Positions 10,210 through 19,733 of a stretch of DNA of 64,000 nucleotides are shown here, piece by piece (positions within the stretch are counted from its first letter, which is position 1; each line of letters starts with the position of its first letter). The notes under the pieces are model-generated. The model was given only the letters and a program-made list of their open reading frames with translations. It was not told the origin of the DNA and did no database searches. The stretch lies in contig JAUVZB010000007.1 of the NCBI GenBank assembly GCA_030602785.1, positions 1,420 through 65,419 on the forward strand, written 5' to 3'. The position numbers and the translations under genes were made by a program. Source of the DNA: Dehalococcoidia bacterium (GTDB taxonomy: Bacteria > Chloroflexota > Dehalococcoidia > GIF9 > AB-539-J10).

Positions 10210-11400
10210 CTAGCCCTTCTCGTTGCCGGCTATGATGACACTCACGCTGCACGTTGCGGGCGTACCGCCAAGATTGTGCGTGAGGCCCAGCCTCGGGTTC
10301 TTTATCTGCCGCTTGTCTGCCTTCCCCTGAAGCTGCTTGTAGACCTCGTACATCATCCTCAGGCCGCTCGCCCCGATGGGGTGGCCGAAGCACTTGAGGC
10401 CGCCATCGGTGTTGATCGGCAGTCCGCCATCCAGCGCGAAGAAGCCGGCGTCGACATCCTCGGGCGCCTTGCCGCGCTCGCTGAATCCCAGGTCCTCCAT
10501 GATGACGAGCTCGGTGATGCTGAAGCAGTCATGCACTTCCGCCAGGCTTATCTCTTCACGCGGGTTCTTGATGCCCGCCTCGGCATACGCGCGCTGTCCG
10601 GCCCGGAGGGTCTCCTCGACGTGGACCCAATCGTACTTCTGGCTGATGTAGCCCTCGGACGGCCCGACGGCAATCTGAAGACCCTTGACGTAGACGGGGT
10701 CCGGCCTGAAACTCTTCGCCAGATCGGCCCTGACTACGATAGCTGCGGCAGCGCCATCGCTCACACCACAGCAGTCCATCAAGCCGAGAGGCGAGGCGAT
10801 GATGGGGGACTTGAGGACCTTTTCGAGGGTCGTCTCAGCCTGGAAGTGGGCCTTGGGATGAAGCGAACCGTTGTAGTGGTTCTTCACCGAGATGCTTCCG
10901 ATTACGCGCTTCCCTTCGTCGTAGCTAAGTCCGTACTTGTCGAAGTACTTGGTGGCCATCATCGCGAAGTGGCCCGGAGGGCTGAAAGACCGGCTCCGGT
11001 ACGTGTTCAGTTGTCTGCGGTGAATCTCGAAGTCGGGCAGTCCGCTGAACCCGGAGTCTTTCAGCTTCTCGACTCCCACGGCCAGTGCGATGTCGCACGC
11101 GCCGGACGCGACCGCGTAGCACGCATTCCGAAGGGCGTCGGAGCCGGTGGCGCATGCATTCTCGACCCTGGTGACGGGGATGAAGTCGAGCTTCAATGCG
11201 CGCGACAGCATCTGGCCCGTCCATTCAGTCATGTAGGTGCCAAGCCATGCGGCCTGGACATCCTTCGTCTCTATGCCCGCGTCCGCGTAAGCCTCGTACA
11301 CCGAGTCGATTATCATGTCGTCGGCGCTCTGGTCCCAGTTCTCGCCGAACTTGCAGCATCCCATCCCGATGATTGCGGCCTTATCCTTGATTCCGTCCAT
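10210..11400 (-). CDS. Thiolase (SCP-x/archaeal-type acetyl-CoA acetyltransferase)
   Basis: VENACATGSDA (catalytic Cys), AEVHDCF, GHPIGASG, THNLGG. Confidence 0.9.
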   Translation of the reverse strand: MDGIKDKAAIIGMGCCKFGENWDQSADDMIIDSVYEAYADAGIETKDVQAAWLGTYMTEWTGQMLSRALKLDFIPVTRVENACATGSDALRNACYAVASGACDIALAVGVEKLKDSGFSGLPDFEIHRRQLNTYRSRSFSPPGHFAMMATKYFDKYGLSYDEGKRVIGSISVKNHYNGSLHPKAHFQAETTLEKVLKSPIIASPLGLMDCCGVSDGAAAAIVVRADLAKSFRPDPVYVKGLQIAVGPSEGYISQKYDWVHVEETLRAGQRAYAEAGIKNPREEISLAEVHDCFSITELVIMEDLGFSERGKAPEDVDAGFFALDGGLPINTDGGLKCFGHPIGASGLRMMYEVYKQLQGKADKRQIKNPRLGLTHNLGGTPATCSVSVIIAGNEKG

Positions 11401-11427
11401 TTTTCACCTCGCTTGTAGCTAGTGTTG

Positions 11428-12843
11428 CTAGTCTCTCTTCGGGCGCGCCTTCCACCAGTAGGTGTAGAAGCCGCCGATGTGTCTGAGTATCCTGAAGACC
11501 ATCTCGATAGGCATATCGATCTTGATCTCCGCAGGGTCCCTGTCCGTCATGTCACACGTAATCCTGCCGCCTTCCTTGAAATCGACAGCTGCAATGGTGG
11601 TTGGCGGGTCAGCACTGACGCCCAGAGAGTCATGGCTGTATGTGGCAAGAACGGCGGACTTGTCTGCAAACGAGTAGTCATCGAAGTCATCCTTCGAGCC
11701 GCACTCGATGCAGATACGCTGTGCAGGATACTGTGGAGTGCCGCACTTCCTGCACTTTACGCCGTGGAGGTCAAGGCCGCTCTTGTTGTCGCGCCAGAGC
11801 GCAACGGGCGAGGGCTGCTCCATTGGAGCAGTGGCGGTGGGCTCGACCTCGACTATCTCACGCCAGCGGAGGTACTTCTGATAGGTTGAGATCATCAGTT
11901 TTGTGTTGAGGTAGTAGTTAATGTCGCGCGCCGGCTTTGCTGCCGCTAGTCCGGCCGTTGCGGTCAGCGTGAAGACGTCCGCGCCGTTGCCGTAAGACGC
12001 AACCAGCATGCGGTCGCCCGCCTTGGCCTGCTCAAGAGCGGCAGCAAGGGTGATGAACACCTGTGCGTTGCCGGTATCGCCGAACTGGTTGAAGAACGTA
12101 TCCTGTACCACTGCGGGGTCGAGCTTCATGGACTTCGTGACAGCGGCGAGCTGTCGAGCATCCGGGGAGTACATCACTATCTTCGAGAAATCGGCAACAG
12201 TCTGGCCGTTCTTGTCCATTGCTGCCTTGATTGCCTGTGGGACCACTCGGCCGTGACCGTCGTCGCGGACGAAGCGAACCTCCCAGGATTTCACGTAGCG
12301 GTCAGTGTCCGACCTGAACACGTCGATGATCTCATCGGACATCGTGTACATAGAGTCGATGGAGGCCACGACACCTTCCTTGCCGATGAGCAATGCGCCT
12401 GCGCCATCGCCGAAGGCCATCTCGCCTGCGCCGATGGGGAGGGCAAGTCGGCGCTCTGCGGCGCAGACAAGGACTCTCTTGAGAGAGCCGCTGTTGACGG
12501 CATCCACGGCTGCACGGAGCGCATTGGTGCTGCTCCTGAGGGAGTTGCCGAAATCGGCGGTGTAGACTTCGGCCCCCATCCCGAGCACTGCTGCAACGGT
12601 CGCAGCGGATTGCTTCTCGGCGTAGGGAGCGGTCGTCGATGCGAAGAACAGTCCGTCAACGGTGTTGATATCGATGCCTGCGAGGCAGGACTGTGCGACT
12701 GCGACCGCCATGGTGATGGTATCCTCGTCGAAACTGGCGACCGCCTTCTCTCCTTTGCCTCCCTTCCCCCAGGCCCGGCCAATCTCGGCCCTGTCCAACC
12801 TGTTGAGGGGCAGATACGGTGCGTACGATACGATTCCTGTCAT
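11428..12843 (-). CDS. HMG-CoA synthase-like domain fused to DUF35 Zn-ribbon/OB-fold
   Basis: DEDTITMA, GDGAGALL, GDTG, SYGNGAD; C-terminal CRKCGTPQYPAQRICIECG and YWWKARP. Confidence 0.85.
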   Translation of the reverse strand: MTGIVSYAPYLPLNRLDRAEIGRAWGKGGKGEKAVASFDEDTITMAVAVAQSCLAGIDINTVDGLFFASTTAPYAEKQSAATVAAVLGMGAEVYTADFGNSLRSSTNALRAAVDAVNSGSLKRVLVCAAERRLALPIGAGEMAFGDGAGALLIGKEGVVASIDSMYTMSDEIIDVFRSDTDRYVKSWEVRFVRDDGHGRVVPQAIKAAMDKNGQTVADFSKIVMYSPDARQLAAVTKSMKLDPAVVQDTFFNQFGDTGNAQVFITLAAALEQAKAGDRMLVASYGNGADVFTLTATAGLAAAKPARDINYYLNTKLMISTYQKYLRWREIVEVEPTATAPMEQPSPVALWRDNKSGLDLHGVKCRKCGTPQYPAQRICIECGSKDDFDDYSFADKSAVLATYSHDSLGVSADPPTTIAAVDFKEGGRITCDMTDRDPAEIKIDMPIEMVFRILRHIGGFYTYWWKARPKRD

Positions 12844-12895
12844 TTCCTATTGACTCCTTCCTTCTGCCGGACAAGAGCAGCGTCCTGTTGCGCTG

Positions 12896-13753
12896 CTACT
12901 TGCTCGCATAGTCGTAGAATCCCTTGCCTGTCTTTCTGCCCAGCTGTCCCGCCTGAACCATCTTCTTCAGCACGAGCGGGGGCAGGTAAGCAGGGTCCTT
13001 GGTTTCGTCGTAGATGGCCATACAGGCGTTGTAGTGGATGTCGAGCCCGACGAAATCCATCAGCGTGAACGGCCCCATAGGGTAATTGAGGCCAAGGGAC
13101 ATCGCCTTGTCGATGTCCTCCTTGGTAGCAAGGCCCCGTTCCCACTGCCTGATGGCGACCAGCGTGTAGGGCAGATACAGTTGGTTGACGATGAAGCCGG
13201 GCGCATCCTTGCAGACGACCGTTTCCTTCCCAACTGTCTTGCCATAGTCAACTCCGGCCTGCACGACGTCGTCGTTGACCATGGTGGTTCGCACGACCTC
13301 GAGCAGCTTCATCACCGGCACAGGGCTGAAGAAGTGAAGCCCCAGCACCCTGTCGGGCGTTTTCGTAGCGCTTGCTATCTCGGTGATGGAGAGAGACGAG
13401 GTATTGCTTGCCAGGACGGCCTCGCGGGAACAGCTGCCCTCGAGGACAGAGAAGACCTTCTTCTTCTCATCCATCTTCTCGATGACGGCCTCGATGACCA
13501 TCTGGCAGTCCTTCAGGTCCTCCATCCTTGTGGAACCCGTTATGCGCGCCAGCGTTGCCGCGCGGTCTTCCACAGTGGATTTGCCCCGGTCGACGGCTTT
13601 CTGCGACGATGCCTCGATGCGGGAGATACCCTTCTTGAGAAAGTCCTCGGTCACCTCGGTGACCACGACTTCGTAGCCCGCTCTGGCTGATATCTCCGCG
13701 ATGCCGGAGCCCATCAGTCCGCAGCCAACGACGCCGAGTTTCTTGATGTGCAT
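12896..13753 (-). CDS. 3-hydroxyacyl(butyryl)-CoA dehydrogenase
   Basis: GVVGCGLMGSGIA, IEAVIE, ASNTSSLSIT, GLHFFSP, PGFIVN, PMGPF, GRKTGKGFY. Confidence 0.93.
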   Translation of the reverse strand: MHIKKLGVVGCGLMGSGIAEISARAGYEVVVTEVTEDFLKKGISRIEASSQKAVDRGKSTVEDRAATLARITGSTRMEDLKDCQMVIEAVIEKMDEKKKVFSVLEGSCSREAVLASNTSSLSITEIASATKTPDRVLGLHFFSPVPVMKLLEVVRTTMVNDDVVQAGVDYGKTVGKETVVCKDAPGFIVNQLYLPYTLVAIRQWERGLATKEDIDKAMSLGLNYPMGPFTLMDFVGLDIHYNACMAIYDETKDPAYLPPLVLKKMVQAGQLGRKTGKGFYDYASK

Positions 13754-13823
13754 ACTTCGCATCCCTCCTTAAGCGTGTGACTTGAGCCGCATGTCTACGC
13801 ACAGCCACAAGCCGTGCTCTTGC

Positions 13824-14591
13824 CTATCCAATGAAGACACCACCGTTCACACTCAGCGTCTGCCCGGTGATGTAGTCAGCCTCGTTGGAAGCGAGAAAGA
13901 GGATGGCTGCCGCAATCTCCTCCGGCTCACCAAGGCGCTTCCATGGAATCGTCTTCTCGTAGGCCTCGGCGAGCCGGGGCCTGTCCCTTCGGGTGGCGTT
14001 CCACATGTCCGTGTTGATGAGACCGGGCGAAACGCAGTTGACGTTTATCTTGTGGCGCGACACCTCCACCGCGAGGTTCCGCGTGAATGCTATGATGCCG
14101 CCCTTGACGGCTCCGTAAACGACCTGCCCGGAACTGCCGGTACGCCCCGCATCAGATGCCACATTGATGATCTTTCCCGTCTGTCTCTCAATCATCCCTT
14201 CGAGTACCGCGCGGGCGAACACCATCGGGCCGAAAAGATTGACGTTGAGGCACCGCGCCCATTCCTGCTCGGTGCCCTCCATGAAGCGCTCCGCCAGGCG
14301 TATGCCGGCGTTGTTGACGAGTATGTCGACTTTGCCAAACTCCTTGATGGCGCGGTCGACGGTGGCGTATATCTGTGGGGTGTCCAACACGTCCACTTCG
14401 ATGGCAAGTGCCCTGCGGCCATGTGTCTTGACCTCGTTGGCCACTCCCTCGAGGTCGGGAAGGTCCAGTCCGGCGACCACCAAATCGGCGCCGGCCCTTG
14501 CGAACGCAAGAGCCGTCTCCCTGCCTATGCCTCTGCTCCCGCCGGTGATGAGGGCTGACTTGCCCTCAAGAGAGAATGGCGAAGAACCCAT
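13824..14591 (-). CDS. Short-chain dehydrogenase/reductase, BadH-like
   Basis: TGGSRGIG, NNAG, ASDAGRTGSSGQVVYGAVKGG (YxxxK), ITGQTLSVNGG. Confidence 0.88.
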   Translation of the reverse strand: MGSSPFSLEGKSALITGGSRGIGRETALAFARAGADLVVAGLDLPDLEGVANEVKTHGRRALAIEVDVLDTPQIYATVDRAIKEFGKVDILVNNAGIRLAERFMEGTEQEWARCLNVNLFGPMVFARAVLEGMIERQTGKIINVASDAGRTGSSGQVVYGAVKGGIIAFTRNLAVEVSRHKINVNCVSPGLINTDMWNATRRDRPRLAEAYEKTIPWKRLGEPEEIAAAILFLASNEADYITGQTLSVNGGVFIG

Positions 14592-14707
14592 GTTCTATCT
14601 CCCTTCGACAGTTTGGCCGTATCGTACCATATTTTCGGCCGCACCCCGGACCTGCGGCGGCGCCGCGAAAGGTGGGGACTGGTGACATGTCGCGCTCGCT
14701 AGACGCG

Positions 14708-15427
14708 CTACAGGGGACGCTTCGCAGGGACGCCGGGTCTCCTGGGATAATGGTCGGGAGTCGGCGCGACCTTGCGGATACTGATGAGGCAGCGGTCATT
14801 GCCAGGCAGGGAGAGAGGAATGTTGATGATGCGTAGATTGCTTCCCCCGAGGATACCAATCGCGGCGGACGCCTCCTCTATCTCCCGTGTGATGTCGCCC
14901 TTCTTCAGCGCGACGAAGCTGCCACCGACACTGCAGAAGGGGAGACAGAGTTCTACAAGTGTGGCAAGAGGCGCCACTGCGCGTGATACAACCAGGGGGA
15001 ACGCCTCGCGATGGGGTGGCAGGCGGCCAAGGTCCTCTGCCCGGCCCTGGAGGACCTCCATGTCTGCCAGTCCCAACACCGTGACGAGGTGTCTCAGGAA
15101 GCGGACCTTCTTTCCGGTGGCCTCAAGCAAGCTGCCCCGGGCCTGCGGAAGGACGATCTTCAGGGGTACGCAGGGAAAGCCTGCTCCGGAGCCGACGTCC
15201 AGAATTCGGAGACACGGCGACGCTGCCTCACCGGCGTCCAGCGCGAGCAGGACAGTGAGAGAATCGAGAAAATGACGCGTCTCAACCTCCGCCGCCTCTG
15301 TGATGGACGTCAGGTTCGTATGCTCGTTCCACAACCTGAGTTCGGTGCGGTAGGTCTCGAACAGCGAAAGCTGGGCAGACGTGAGGGGATAGCCGAGTCT
15401 TGCCGCTCCTGCTGCGAGCTGTTCCAC
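14708..15427 (-). CDS. rsmG: 16S rRNA m7G527 methyltransferase
   Basis: WNEHTNLTSI, HFLDSL, DVGSGAGFP, GRAED, VSRAVA, YPRRPGVPAKRPL; GTG start inferred 9 nt after a TG-n-TATGAT element. Confidence 0.94.
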   Translation of the reverse strand: MEQLAAGAARLGYPLTSAQLSLFETYRTELRLWNEHTNLTSITEAAEVETRHFLDSLTVLLALDAGEAASPCLRILDVGSGAGFPCVPLKIVLPQARGSLLEATGKKVRFLRHLVTVLGLADMEVLQGRAEDLGRLPPHREAFPLVVSRAVAPLATLVELCLPFCSVGGSFVALKKGDITREIEEASAAIGILGGSNLRIINIPLSLPGNDRCLISIRKVAPTPDHYPRRPGVPAKRPL

Positions 15428-15621
15428 AACAGGGCTATCATAGCAGCGGTGAGCCTGTGGGTGCTGGTTCGTGATGTAGATACCGCCTTGCCTGTCAAGA
15501 TTGATTGATGACGATGGCATGCCTCGCGGGGCATCGCGTTCGAGGGGATAGCACACAAAGGCAGATCGCGAGAGCACTCTGACTCGCATCGGAATGAGCA
15601 AGGAGCCCCCACATTCTGGGC

Positions 15622-15643
15622 CTGACTGTGCTGCCACAGTCAG
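15622..15643 (-). terminator. Hairpin after hsdR
   Basis: CTGACTGTG-ctgc-CACAGTCAG perfect 9-bp stem. Confidence 0.5.
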
Positions 15644-15683
15644 CTTCCTTGTCTAGCCATCAGTCCCGAGCCACGCACCACCG

Positions 15684-18600
15684 TCAGGCAGTATCCTTCA
15701 CCGCGTCCCCTTCCTCGCGAATCTGTTCGTAGACTTCCTTCAGCAGTTGCCCGCTGACCACGTTGCGGAAGTCGTCTTCGTTCATGAACCGGGCCGCGAT
15801 GTCCTCGTTCTGGTCGAGCCTGTCGATGAACAGGTCCTGAAGCGCTTTTCTGAAGACGTAGCCGAAGTTCTCCATCGTATTGGCGATGGCGGCCTGCCGA
15901 AGACCGGTGTCGGCTACTGCATCCTCCCGTATCGCGTCAAAGAAGAGTTGGTCCCCGGGCTTGAAGTCAGTGCCGAACCGCTGATTGAGGATGTCAATCA
16001 GCTTCGAAAGTTCAACTGGCTCACCGTAAGCTGCGCCTGTCCCCACCTCCGTCGGACCCGAAATCGGGGCCTCCACCCCAGCCTCCAGCCCGGGTATGCG
16101 TTCACTGACCTTCTGGAGGCGGTAGTATTTGAGAGCCACATCATCGTCGAAGTCATATTGCACACCCGACCTATGGGATGGCAGCTTCAGGAGCAAGAAC
16201 CGCAGATATGAGTAGAGTTTCTCAAGGTCCGAATCCTGAAAGGGTATGACCTGCGACAGGAACGCGTACAGATTGCGATACGCGACGGCCGTGTTCCGAA
16301 ACTCCTCCCGTTGAGTGTCCTCCAGCAAGTCCCAGCGACGGGTAGCGGGGTCTATGCAGGCATTCATCCGGGCATGGTCCGTCGCAGCATGCTGTTTCGC
16401 TGGCCTGTAGAAGACTCTGGCGAATTCCTCAACCTCGGCCTCGTGAAACACTTGGAAAGCCTTCAGCCGCGCCTCGAGTTCGTACAATTGGCCGGGCTCC
16501 GCCTGTTCACCCACCAGAGTCTGCTCGTAGTAGGGCTGAAACGAGGCAAGAATCTCTTCGGGTTCATTCACGAAATCCAGCACGAAGGTTCGGCTCTTTC
16601 CGGGACAGGTCCGGTTCAGCCTGGACAGTGTCTGCACCGCCTGAATGCCCGAGAGCCGCTTGTCCACATACATGGTCTGCAGTAACGGTTGATCGAAGCC
16701 CGTCTGGTACTTCTCGGCCACGAGCAACACCTGATACTCGTCGGTCGCAAATCGTTGGGGCAACTCCTTCTCGCGTATCCCATCGTTCATTGCCACTTCG
16801 GTGTACTCGGCACCGGGCACGGCGTCGTCGATGACGGCTCCGGAGAACGCGACCAGGGTCTTGATTCCCTTGTAGCCCTTTTCGGAGACGTACCTGTCGA
16901 ATTGCTGCTTGTATTTCACAGCGTGCAAACGACTCGATGTGACAACCATGGCCTTGGCTCTCCCACCGATCTCGTGCATCGTGAAGTGGCGAAAATGCTC
17001 GAGCATGACCTCCGTCTTCTGGGAGATGTTGTGCGGATGAAGGCTCATGAACCTCGCCAGTTCCTGAGCCGCCTTCCGCTTGTCGACCCGCGGGTCATCC
17101 GCGATGGTCTTGATGAGCCGATAGTATGTCTTGTACGTGGTGTAGTTCTTGAGCACATCGAGAATGAACCCTTCCTCAATCGCCTGTCGCATGCTGTACA
17201 CGTGGAAAGGGTGAGGTTTGCCATCCTCGCCGGGGGAGCCAAACACCTCCAACGTCCGGTATTTTGGAGTGGCGGTGAACGCGAAGAAGCTGATATTTGG
17301 CTGATGCCCACGACGGGCCATCGTCTTGAGGACTTCCTCTTCGTAGTCGGGCAGCCCTTCTTCTTCTGCCTTCTCCCTGGCCTGCTCCTTGATGGTTGTG
17401 CCGGCCAGCACACCCTTCAACTCCGTGGCTGTCTCACCCCCCTGTGAGCTATGCGCTTCGTCCACGATCACCGCGTACCTTCGCGAAGGGAGCTCTCCTG
17501 CTTTCTCCGCTACAAATGGGAATTTCTGGAGCGTCGTAATAACGATGGGGACACCCGACCCAAGCGCGGCAGCCAATTGCGCGGAGTCAAGGTCTATCTT
17601 CTGTACGACCCCCTGTTTGTGCTCCAATTGATAAATCGTGTTCTGGAGTTGCTGGTCGAGAATAACCCGGTCCGTGACAACAATCACCGAGTCGAATACC
17701 TTGTCGTCTTTCCAATCGTAGAGGCTAGCAAGTCGATACGCCAGCCATGCGATAGAGTTGGACTTGCCGCTGCCTGCAGAATGCTGCACCAGATAGTTGG
17801 TGCCGGGACCTCTTTCACGGGCATCGGCAACCAGAGCGCTAACCGAGTCAAGCTGATGATAGCGTGGGAATATCATCGCCTCGCGTCGTATCGTCTTGCC
17901 ACCGATTCTCCGCTCCTCGGTTTGCAGGTGAATGAACCGCGCGATGAGGTCCAGAAGACTGCCTCGCTTTAGCACGTCCTCCCACAGATAGGCGGTCTTG
18001 TATCCTTCGGGATTCTCGGGGTTGCCCGCTCCGCCGTTGGAGCCTTTGTCGAAGGGAAGGAAGGTGGTACTGCGGCCTGACAGCCGCGTTGTCATATACA
18101 CGTGGTCCGTGTCTATCGCAAAATGGACGAGTGTACGCTTCTTGAACTGGAAGATGAGGTCGGCATTGTCCCTGTCGGTCTTGTACTGATTGACGGCGTC
18201 CCGCCAGGTCTGACCCGTCATCGGGTTCTTAAGCTCTGCCGTGGCAACCGGGAGGCCATTCAGAGCCAGGGTCACATCCAGGGTGTTGGCATGCCTTGAA
18301 GAGTAGCGAAGCTGTCGTGTCACAGTCAGACGGTTCGCCTGGTAGAGTCGCTCGGTGTCGGGATTGAGTCCGCTTGCAGGGGCGAAATAGGCCATTCGGA
18401 AGAGCTTCCCGAAGCACTTGAAGCCATGCCGCAGGACCGCGACACACCCCTCGTGCTCGGAGTTGAGAGCACGGCAGAGGTCGTCGAGGAGCGTTTGCTC
18501 GGCTTTGTCCCTCTGAATGCTCTCCAGATACTGCCACTCCTTCGGCTGCGTCTTCTTAATGAAGAGAAGGACGTCATTGGGGAACAAGGCACGTTCCGCG

Positions 18601-18698
18601 TCGTATGCGTCAGGGTCTACATGCAGGTAGCCACCTGCCGCAATCAGGTGATGCTCAATTGCGCTTTCGAAGGCCATTTCTAGGTGCGGACCTGGCAT
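15684..18698 (-). CDS. hsdR: Type I restriction enzyme R subunit
   Basis: LDVTLALNGLPVATAELKN nuclease motif, QHSAGSGKS Walker A, DEAH, FTATP, QTGFDQP, QTLSRLNR. Confidence 0.95.
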   Translation of the reverse strand: MPGPHLEMAFESAIEHHLIAAGGYLHVDPDAYDAERALFPNDVLLFIKKTQPKEWQYLESIQRDKAEQTLLDDLCRALNSEHEGCVAVLRHGFKCFGKLFRMAYFAPASGLNPDTERLYQANRLTVTRQLRYSSRHANTLDVTLALNGLPVATAELKNPMTGQTWRDAVNQYKTDRDNADLIFQFKKRTLVHFAIDTDHVYMTTRLSGRSTTFLPFDKGSNGGAGNPENPEGYKTAYLWEDVLKRGSLLDLIARFIHLQTEERRIGGKTIRREAMIFPRYHQLDSVSALVADARERGPGTNYLVQHSAGSGKSNSIAWLAYRLASLYDWKDDKVFDSVIVVTDRVILDQQLQNTIYQLEHKQGVVQKIDLDSAQLAAALGSGVPIVITTLQKFPFVAEKAGELPSRRYAVIVDEAHSSQGGETATELKGVLAGTTIKEQAREKAEEEGLPDYEEEVLKTMARRGHQPNISFFAFTATPKYRTLEVFGSPGEDGKPHPFHVYSMRQAIEEGFILDVLKNYTTYKTYYRLIKTIADDPRVDKRKAAQELARFMSLHPHNISQKTEVMLEHFRHFTMHEIGGRAKAMVVTSSRLHAVKYKQQFDRYVSEKGYKGIKTLVAFSGAVIDDAVPGAEYTEVAMNDGIREKELPQRFATDEYQVLLVAEKYQTGFDQPLLQTMYVDKRLSGIQAVQTLSRLNRTCPGKSRTFVLDFVNEPEEILASFQPYYEQTLVGEQAEPGQLYELEARLKAFQVFHEAEVEEFARVFYRPAKQHAATDHARMNACIDPATRRWDLLEDTQREEFRNTAVAYRNLYAFLSQVIPFQDSDLEKLYSYLRFLLLKLPSHRSGVQYDFDDDVALKYYRLQKVSERIPGLEAGVEAPISGPTEVGTGAAYGEPVELSKLIDILNQRFGTDFKPGDQLFFDAIREDAVADTGLRQAAIANTMENFGYVFRKALQDLFIDRLDQNEDIAARFMNEDDFRNVVSGQLLKEVYEQIREEGDAVKDTA

Positions 18699-19733
18699 CA
18701 CTCGCCCTCCCAGTCTGGAATGTCCCCTAGAAGGACGACGCCATCCGCACCAATTGCTCCTTGGCCGGTCGAATTGAACTCGCGCCGGCCATCAAGGAGA
18801 ACCCCAGGGTTTTCATACACGTCACTTAAGAGACCAAGCTCCAGCCCGTGAAGCCAGGACAATTCCGTGCCCGCTCGATATGATTCTGCGTGCTCTACAT
18901 CAGGGCGCAGAAGGGGAGTAACACGTACCCGCTGGTCTTCAATCGTAGTCTCGCGCGCGTACGGGGACTGGGTCACAGGGTTTGACGGCACCGCCGCGCC
19001 CATCCGTAGTCTCGCGCGCGTACGGGGACTGGCTAATGCACGCACGGATGGCGCGGTAGTACTCATGAATGAAGGCAACCTCATCAATAGTCCATGCTGT
19101 TCCCTCGGCTGGCTCGTTCGGGTCGTCAAGCAGTACTGAGATCGGATTCGAGTTGAGCGAAGTGATACAGGCCGAGGTGGTGGCAGGTGGATGACGACTG
19201 ATGGTCTTGACGCAACCCGCCTGCTTCTTCGCCTTGACAATCAGGGCAGACGGGTACGAATTAGAGCGCCCTTTCGCCTCAATCACGTGCCAGTAGCCGT
19301 CCGGTGATAGCCCCGCGAGGTCTCCACGTTCCTTCGTGCCAGCAGTTGTGGCAAGCAACCCTATTGAGCGCAGCCAATCCACTCCATAGAGCCAGGGTAT
19401 CGATAGCTCACTTTCGCCTGCCAGTTTGGCGAAAATCATTCCATACCAATAGGATGCAGCTCCCTTCTCGGACATATCGAGCCCGGAATAGGCTCGAGCG
19501 ACGCACAAGCCAGACCTCCTTCGTTCTAGGAAACTGAATGCTGATAGGCCTATTCCGAAACGGTGCAGGAACTCCCTCCACCCGAATGTATTGTAGCCGC
19601 TTGTCTTCTGCATCCCGACGGTGAGGGCGGCTCTGAGGAAGGCGAGCCTTGAGACGTTCCGTCTGCGGGAGCCATTCAATCCTTTGTGGAAGCCTGTGTA
19701 GTTCTCGCAAGTGACGACGATTTCACTGCTCAT
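18698..19733 (-). pseudogene. PD-(D/E)xK nuclease-like gene inside the hsd operon, frameshifted by a 61-bp insertion (324 aa when restored)
   Basis: Two overlapping ORFs both contain QSPYARETT; ATGA overlap with hsdS stop and TGATG overlap with hsdR start; motif RGDLAG-x6-HVIEAKGR. Confidence 0.8.
18944..19032. repeat. Exact 28-bp direct repeat x2 flanking a 33-bp unique spacer (single CRISPR-like unit, candidate off-target spacer integration)
   Basis: CGTAGTCTCGCGCGCGTACGGGGACTGG at 18944-18971 and 19005-19032; spacer GTCACAGGGTTTGACGGCACCGCCGCGCCCATC at 18972-19004. Confidence 0.9.

Noticed and set aside
18944-19032. Calling the 28/33/28 unit a canonical CRISPR array
   Set aside because: Only two repeats, no AT-rich leader, no cas genes, and the repeat is coding sequence of the host gene; reported as an integration scar instead.
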